A stretch of 64,000 nucleotides of DNA from Alphaproteobacteria bacterium. GTDB lineage: Bacteria > Pseudomonadota > Alphaproteobacteria > G965222575. Where the stretch lies: positions 64,001-128,000 of the forward strand of contig OZ244958.1 in assembly GCA_965222575.1 (NCBI GenBank), read 5' to 3'. Both the position numbers and the translations under genes were made by a program. The notes under the pieces were generated by a model, which was given only the letters and a program-made list of their open reading frames with translations, had not been told where the DNA came from and searched no databases. Position 1 is the first letter of the stretch, and every line of letters starts with the position of its first letter. Shown piece after piece: positions 58,000 through 64,000 of this stretch.

Positions 58000-60900
58000 A
58001 TGATATATCCTGTCGTTGAACTGGTCTTAAACAACATTCCCTATGATTTATCAGGGGCCTTGTTATCCTTTGAAAGGCACGCAAGAGGGGTCACCTTTAA
58101 GTTTAAGGCAGAAGGTCTTCCTTTAGAAATACACCCTCTTGACCAAGAATGGATAGGGGGACTGTTATGGCTGAGGGAAGAGGGAGAGCGGAGAAAAAGC
58201 AAGATAGTAGAGCAGCCTACCTTATCAGAGCATATTGTGACGGTACAGGGGTTGCAAGGGACGCAGACCGTGTTATTAGGCAACAGGCTAGAGGATGCGA
58301 CCTTACTGTTACAGGCTACGCAGGAAGATGTCTTATTATTGAACCTTATCAAAAAGAATGACCGTCTATTATTAGAAGAAGTGGAGCGCTATCAAGAGGT
58401 TATCTTTGGGTCTTTACCTTGTGTATTGAAGCCTTTATTTCGCTCTCCATATGGCACCTTATCAGAGGCTGTGGGGAAAGGAGAACTGGTGATTTTCTTA
58501 GAAAATCTTTCTCAATTGTTTCCCACAACAGGATATCTCTTAATAGGAGAGGAAGAATACACCATACAAGAGCGCAGGATTTTTCAGGAGGAGAGGCCTT
58601 TCATCAGTATAACACTAGCCTCAAAGACCCTCAAAAGCTATAAAGCGGGAGAGGCGGTGTTTCTTAGTCGTCAACCGTCATGGTGGATTGCCCCAACAGG
58701 CACCACAGCCCTTGAGATAGGAGAGCAACGTTTAGAAAAACAGAATGCACAAGAGAGCATACCAATAAGTGGGGATGTGTTCTTGCCTTGTGGCGTGGTG
58801 CGGTTATGGGGAAAAGAAAGAGCTTTGGAAGATTGCGGCTCACTCCAGACTTTGCTGGAGTTTGACGATGCAAGCCAGTCCACCTCACTTAATCCCTCTC
58901 ACGCCATAGGAGCTGTACATCGTACCATAACACAAGCAATCGGCGATGCTACAGTTGAAATGAGTGAAGACGCAGCGTTGACTTTCCCCGCTCTTCCGGA
59001 AAGCTCTTTGGAAGTACGTTACGCCTTTTCCTATGAAGTAGGCAATATTCCCTCACTTGGAGTGACAACAATCTGGGTTGGAGACCATGTCATTTATAAC
59101 CAGCTAAACGACTCCGTGCTGTATAATCCTCAAAAAGTACAATTCACAGATAGTCACTTCAAAGGCATACTCATGCCTGTAAAATTCAAAACCACAGGCC
59201 TCATCACAGGGGATACCCCCTTTGTGACTTTTCGCAATGTGCACCGCTTCGTCAAAGAGGGGCACAACAATGATAATCTCTTTTCCAGTATTGGCAAAGG
59301 ACAAGCCTTAAAAGCAACTCTTAAGAGTCCTGTGGATAAGCTTGGTCGACTAGAAAAGGCAGAGGCCGTGGTACAGTATTTTTTCAATAAGCGCCTTAGC
59401 ACATCGGAACGCATCCTTATACAAGGATACAACGGCCAAAAGCGCTACACCTTATTGACAGCGCAAACAGCTGGAGGCCTAGCAGGAGAAGACAGAACGC
59501 AAGAACTTGCGTTTCCATTCAACACAGGCCATGCCTTCTTAAGTAATCAAAACATCTCAGCATTGATATCAGGCGGTATTGCTACGTTAACAAACCTCAT
59601 GGGTAAGCAAAAAGAAACCTTTTTCATACCGCCCTATCAAGTCGAAAAAAACAATGGGAGTTACACCCGTTTCAGCAACATGGAATTTTTACCGCCGGTG
59701 AATCTCAACACATCAGAGACTCATAAACTCTGGATATACTTCCAGCCAGTACCAGTAAAAGACCTTCTTTACATGAATGCCAATGGCATCAGACTAGTAA
59801 GTCATGGGAAGTTCAAAAGCGACGCCACACTTCGAAATCTCCTCAACTACTCTACTCACACTCACCAACGCACGCGATCTTGGGATTCCACAAGAAAAGA
59901 GTCAATTTTAGATGTTTCCTCTGGAAACGTTAATAGAAACGGAGGATTAAGAGGGCCGTTTGTCTTTAACCATAAAAACGCGGCATTACCCCTTCGCTTT
60001 GCCTGTCCACCGGAGAAAGACCCTTTCCAGACCACAAAAACACCAGGAACAAGTATCTACATGATTCAACCTCTGTACCCGCAACCAAATCCAGCCTACA
60101 TCATCATAGAGTGGTCTATTATCCCTCCTTCTTTCTCCAGTACAAAAGCCTCCGGAAAATTGCAAATCCTTAAGCCAAATTTACCATTGAAAGGAGAGTC
60201 AAAAACAGAAATAGACCTCTCAACACACTCACAACCCACAAGAACAACGACAAAATATCTTCCGCTGGACTGGATACAGGAGTTATCACAACTCAACAGC
60301 CTCCTCTTAGAAGTGTCCCTTCAGTCCACTACCACCCCTAGTAATATCAGACTCAATGTTGTACGTTGTCTCCTGCGGATAACGTATCAGGAGCAATGCT
60401 ACAAGCCGGTACACTCACACTGGCTGCTATGTCACAGTAGTGGGCGCTTAGACGAGATACTCACCACTCTAAGCCACCGATTAGGTCTCTCTTTTCGAAA
60501 AGAACACAGTGTCGTCAGTATAGGCTTTGACACTGTCCTAAAAGGTCTTTTGCCCGGGAATCAAAACTGCTGGAAAGTCCTATCGGAACTCTGTGAGATG
60601 CTGGATGGGGGATGGAGTGCAGAGGACGGATTACGCCTGTACGATAGAAGAGACGGACAGGTTGTCAAAAGTTTTACCCCTGGAGATTATAAGAGCTTTT
60701 CCGTACACTTCAGCGATAGCAATGAGCGTTGTCACAACGTGCTCATCACCTTCGGTAAGGAAACAGAGAAACAATACACATATGTCTATCCCTCTCCCTC
60801 AGAAATTCTCAAGCGCCACAGTGCACGTGACCTCTCCTTTTCCATAGCAACTCTTGATAAAAATCCCACACCCGCCAACACCAAAAGCTTCAAGTTTCCT

Positions 60901-61155
60901 TGGCAAGTAGAGAAACAAACAGGAGAAAATATTGCCAAAAGACTATACCAACGATACGCAACATTGCGCCGCACCATCACCCTCCTCTTACCCACTCCTT
61001 CCCCTCTGAAAACAGGAGATAAAGTCCTAATATCCCTCCCCTCCATGAAAGGAGAATTCCTCAAAGCCGTCATCACTTCCACAAACAACCAAGGCCTTCA
61101 GTGTGAAGAAATCCCACACCACACCACTCCCTTCACTGGCACAGCACTAAAGTGA
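58000..61155 (+). CDS. Large phage tail-tip/baseplate-hub-like protein
   Basis: 1051 aa, beta-rich; C-terminal VLSELCEML...FPWQVE...IAKRL...TITLLLP...LKTGDKVLI resembles tail hub domains; faces away from the portal gene. Confidence 0.5.
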   Translation: MIYPVVELVLNNIPYDLSGALLSFERHARGVTFKFKAEGLPLEIHPLDQEWIGGLLWLREEGERRKSKIVEQPTLSEHIVTVQGLQGTQTVLLGNRLEDATLLLQATQEDVLLLNLIKKNDRLLLEEVERYQEVIFGSLPCVLKPLFRSPYGTLSEAVGKGELVIFLENLSQLFPTTGYLLIGEEEYTIQERRIFQEERPFISITLASKTLKSYKAGEAVFLSRQPSWWIAPTGTTALEIGEQRLEKQNAQESIPISGDVFLPCGVVRLWGKERALEDCGSLQTLLEFDDASQSTSLNPSHAIGAVHRTITQAIGDATVEMSEDAALTFPALPESSLEVRYAFSYEVGNIPSLGVTTIWVGDHVIYNQLNDSVLYNPQKVQFTDSHFKGILMPVKFKTTGLITGDTPFVTFRNVHRFVKEGHNNDNLFSSIGKGQALKATLKSPVDKLGRLEKAEAVVQYFFNKRLSTSERILIQGYNGQKRYTLLTAQTAGGLAGEDRTQELAFPFNTGHAFLSNQNISALISGGIATLTNLMGKQKETFFIPPYQVEKNNGSYTRFSNMEFLPPVNLNTSETHKLWIYFQPVPVKDLLYMNANGIRLVSHGKFKSDATLRNLLNYSTHTHQRTRSWDSTRKESILDVSSGNVNRNGGLRGPFVFNHKNAALPLRFACPPEKDPFQTTKTPGTSIYMIQPLYPQPNPAYIIIEWSIIPPSFSSTKASGKLQILKPNLPLKGESKTEIDLSTHSQPTRTTTKYLPLDWIQELSQLNSLLLEVSLQSTTTPSNIRLNVVRCLLRITYQEQCYKPVHSHWLLCHSSGRLDEILTTLSHRLGLSFRKEHSVVSIGFDTVLKGLLPGNQNCWKVLSELCEMLDGGWSAEDGLRLYDRRDGQVVKSFTPGDYKSFSVHFSDSNERCHNVLITFGKETEKQYTYVYPSPSEILKRHSARDLSFSIATLDKNPTPANTKSFKFPWQVEKQTGENIAKRLYQRYATLRRTITLLLPTPSPLKTGDKVLISLPSMKGEFLKAVITSTNNQGLQCEEIPHHTTPFTGTALK

Positions 61156-61927
61156 GAGGAAAACCTCCCCCACACAGCGTTACCCGTGCGAAGAAAACCT
61201 CCAGTATAGGGGGGGCTGAGGTGACATTGGGGGGGTTCACCCGCACAGCATTAAAGTGAGAGAAAAACCTCCCCCGCACAACGTTACTCGTGAGAGAAAA
61301 AATCCAGTATAGGGGGGGCTGAGGGGGATATTAGGGGGGGCTTCCCCCACACAACGTTATTCGTGAGAGAAAAACCTCCCACACACAGCGTTACCCGTGA
61401 GAGAAAAACCTCCCCCGCACAACGTTACCCGTGCGAAGAAAACCTCCAGTATTAAGGGGGGCTGAGGGGGATATTGGTAAGGCTTCCCCCGCACAGCGTT
61501 ACCCGTGAGAGGAAAACCTCCCCCCCCACACAGCGTTACTCGTGAGAGAAAAACCTCCCCCGCACAACGTTACCCGTGAGAGGAAAACTTCCCCCGCACA
61601 ACGTTACCCGTGAGAGGAAAATTCCAATATAGGGGGGGGCTGAGGGGGATATTAGGGGGGCTTCCCCCGCACAGCACTAAATTGAGAGAAAAACCTCCCC
61701 CGCACAACGTTACCCGTGCGAAGAAAACCTCCAGTATAGGGGGGGGCTGAGGTGACATTGGGGGGGTTCACCCGCACAGCACTAAAGTGAGAGGGAAACC
61801 TCCCCCGCACAACGTTACCCGTGCGAAGAAAACCTCCAGTATAGGGGGGGGCTGAGGTGACATTGGGGGGGTTCACCCGCACAGCACTAAAGTGAGAGGG
61901 AAACCTCCAGTATTAGGGGGGCTGAGG
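61138..61927. repeat. Mosaic tandem array of a ~34-bp unit and a ~40-bp G-run unit
   Basis: CCCGCACAACGTTACCCGTGAGAGGAAAACCTCC variants interleaved with AGTATAGGGGGGGCTGAGG(TGACA/GGGATA)TTGGGGGGG; first unit supplies the stop codon of ORF 58000. Confidence 0.92.
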
Positions 61928-61961
61928 AATGAAAAGACCCGCCCTTTGTACAACAGAAGAC

Positions 61962-62240
61962 TTATGAGTGTTCAAGATGGTGTTGATAAATTTTTCCATT
62001 GAGTTTTGAGAGATGACGGGAGACAGTTTTCTTTTTCAGCACGCCACAACGGACACCTTTATCCATTTCAGATTGTGCCTGTTTTAATAAGGCTCTTAAG
62101 TCTTCTTGGGGAAGATTGTTCTCTAATCCGCTGCGGACTTTTTTCATAAAAGTACTAATGCGGCTTTTTCTAGACTTATTTCTCAGTGTCCTTGTCAAGG
62201 TTTGACGATAGTGTTTTTTTGTCGCTTGGGTGTTTGCCAT
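61962..62240 (-). CDS. rpsT: 30S ribosomal protein S20
   Basis: MAN...KK..RQ....LRNKSRKSRIST, GVLKKKTVSRHLSKL. Confidence 0.9.
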   Translation of the reverse strand: MANTQATKKHYRQTLTRTLRNKSRKSRISTFMKKVRSGLENNLPQEDLRALLKQAQSEMDKGVRCGVLKKKTVSRHLSKLNGKIYQHHLEHS

Positions 62241-62255
62241 TGTGAGTTGTGGGGG

Positions 62256-62669
62256 TTAGTATGTGGTGCCAAAGAAGAATGCAATTTCTCTGTTAGCACT
62301 TTGTGTACTATCAGAGCCATGTACGGCGTTTGCGTTGAGAGATTGTCCATAGATTTTTCGTAAGGTATTCTCTTTCGCCTCTTGTGGATTCGTAGCCCCC
62401 ATCAGTGTGCGGTAAATGGCAATAGCTCCAACACCTTCTAAAACTGCAATCACAACCTCACCAGAGGACATATAGGAAACCAGCTCTGGAAAAAACGGCT
62501 GGTCTTGATGCTCTTCATAAAAAGCACGGGCCTCTGATTCCTTAAGCTTTAACCGCTTTTTCGTCACTACCTTCAGCCCGTTTTGCTCAATCCTCTCTAA
62601 TATGCCTCCAACATCTCCCCGCACAGTAGCGTCCGGTTTAATGATACACAACGTTCTTTCAATGGTCAT
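62256..62669 (-). CDS. ndk: Nucleoside diphosphate kinase
   Basis: ERTLCIIKPDA, MGATNP, NAVHGSDS. Confidence 0.97.
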   Translation of the reverse strand: MTIERTLCIIKPDATVRGDVGGILERIEQNGLKVVTKKRLKLKESEARAFYEEHQDQPFFPELVSYMSSGEVVIAVLEGVGAIAIYRTLMGATNPQEAKENTLRKIYGQSLNANAVHGSDSTQSANREIAFFFGTTY

Positions 62670-62683
62670 ACTGCTCTTAAACT

Positions 62684-64000
62684 TTATAAAGGATGCGTTT
62701 GCGTCTTAAGCCATGTCAGAACAGAAGAAGGAACCTTCCCCCCAAGAACTTGTAAAACCTGTCCATGATATGCATTTATCCATTCTTTCTCTTCCTTTGT
62801 CAACAGCTCTTTTATTATCAACTCCCTTTCATAAGGCACTAATGTAAGAGGGCGAAACCCAAAATAATCCGCTCCTTTCTCTTCTACACACATCATGTTC
62901 TCTATTCTTATACCAAAACTTCCCTCCTTATAAAAGCCCGGTTCATTGGTCAATACCATGCCCCCACGCAAGCCCTTCTTCCCCCCTCCATACGGAACAT
63001 CCGTCCCCAACGCTTCATGAACACTTAACCCCGCTCCCACCCCATGACCCGTCCCATGCCGATAATTTAACCCCTCTTGCCATAACTTCGAACGCGCTAA
63101 AACCTCTAAATCACGAAAACTCGTATCAGGAGGAAAACGACACCTCGATAACTCTATATGTCCCCTTAACACAGCTGTATAACACCTCTTCATCTCCTCC
63201 GTCGCCTCCCCAATCACAACAGTGCGAGTGATATCTGTGGTGCCTCCACAATATTGACCCCCCGAATCAATTAAATACAGACCTTGACGCCCCAAAATTA
63301 ACGCCGTCTCCTCACACGCCCGATAATGCACAATCGCCCCATTAGACCCAAAAGCCGATATCGCCGGAAAACTCTCCCCCAAAAAAACCCCTCCCCCATA
63401 CCTCTTGCGCAAAGATAATAAATACCGAGATGCCATCACCTCCGTTACCTTACGCAATACCGCCTCGCACTTCACCCAGTACAAAAAATGCGTAACAGCC
63501 AACCCATCCAAAACCTGTACCCCCTCAAGGGCTCTTAACTCCTCCTCTGTCTTCACCGCCCGATACCCTAAACAAAAATCCGGTAAAACACAAAACCCTA
63601 CCCCCTCCTCCTTCAAAACCCCACGTACCCAAAGAGATACCCCCCCATCACCCCCTAACTTATCCCCCGAATACCTCCTAATCCTCTCCTCAAACTTCTC
63701 CAAACCAAACACCCTAGCCACCCCCTCAAGAACTTCCCTACCCCCCCACTCATCTGTAAATACCTCTAACCCACCCTCCATGCTCAACAATACACGACCC
63801 TCAAAAACCGGATAATAGGTCGTCTTATAACTCCTCAGATTCAACAACCATGACACATTCTCCGCATCCCACAACAATATTCCCCCAACTTCCACACCCT
63901 CCTCCTTGCAATAAGACCTCACCGCCTCTAACAAAAGCACCACTTTCTCCGCCGTCGTCCTCCCGCACAAACAAACCCTCTCAACCATGGCGACAGGACG
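62684..64000 (-). CDS. Xaa-Pro aminopeptidase (M24B), N-terminus probably outside the window
   Basis: LIDSGGQY.GGTTDITRT, HGTGHGVG, VHE, NEPGFY, GIRIEN; frame is open to the window edge. Confidence 0.92.
   Translation of the reverse strand, partial: RPVAMVERVCLCGRTTAEKVVLLLEAVRSYCKEEGVEVGGILLWDAENVSWLLNLRSYKTTYYPVFEGRVLLSMEGGLEVFTDEWGGREVLEGVARVFGLEKFEERIRRYSGDKLGGDGGVSLWVRGVLKEEGVGFCVLPDFCLGYRAVKTEEELRALEGVQVLDGLAVTHFLYWVKCEAVLRKVTEVMASRYLLSLRKRYGGGVFLGESFPAISAFGSNGAIVHYRACEETALILGRQGLYLIDSGGQYCGGTTDITRTVVIGEATEEMKRCYTAVLRGHIELSRCRFPPDTSFRDLEVLARSKLWQEGLNYRHGTGHGVGAGLSVHEALGTDVPYGGGKKGLRGGMVLTNEPGFYKEGSFGIRIENMMCVEEKGADYFGFRPLTLVPYERELIIKELLTKEEKEWINAYHGQVLQVLGGKVPSSVLTWLKTQTHPL

Noticed and set aside
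57123-58003. 28-aa repeat ORFs across the 84-bp array
   Set aside because: Open in three frames as a consequence of unit length. The + frame ends at the start of ORF 58000 but has no convincing start or RBS.
54280-61155. Complete prophage
   Set aside because: No capsid, protease, replication/transposition, regulatory or lysis genes, and no att sites seen.
61138-61927. TIGR-like dual-spacer guide array
   Set aside because: The 9-10-nt loops are a few reused variants and no Nop-domain protein is adjacent.

Overview
Chromosomal window from a host-associated, gene-dense alphaproteobacterium (class I LysRS, AddAB, RpoH, zauP-zapA, many ankyrin proteins); I cannot place it more finely from sequence alone. 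1-25.1 kb is housekeeping DNA: addA/addB/tsaE/dnaA, lysS-ispE, rpoH, purD, zapA, fliO-like, mutL, tpiA, tuf, folE and five tRNAs. 25.1-62 kb, starting at tRNA-Pro, is accessory. It holds ankyrin genes plus five orphan ankyrin 3'-end remnants that border cargo genes, an OLD-type ATPase-TOPRIM nuclease, a RelBE-type TA pair, a ~8-kb frameshifted lipoprotein/subtilase autotransporter, a catalytically dead subtilase, two related effector-like proteins, an integrase relic and a type III R-M system. It also holds a small Mu-type packaging module (portal, small membrane protein, large terminase) facing away from a tail-hub-like gene across a 9 x 84-bp tandem array. rpsT, ndk and a partial aminopeptidase P close the window. 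Best leads: (1) the capsid-less, rearranged Mu-derived packaging/tail module with its repeat arrays (GTA-like candidate); (2) the ankyrin-tail 'cassette' architecture; (3) five tandem arrays, mostly hairpin-bearing and mostly starting at gene 3' ends; (4) strong G/C strand skew that flips every few kb, even inside one gene. All assignments are motif recognition by eye; no database searches were run.
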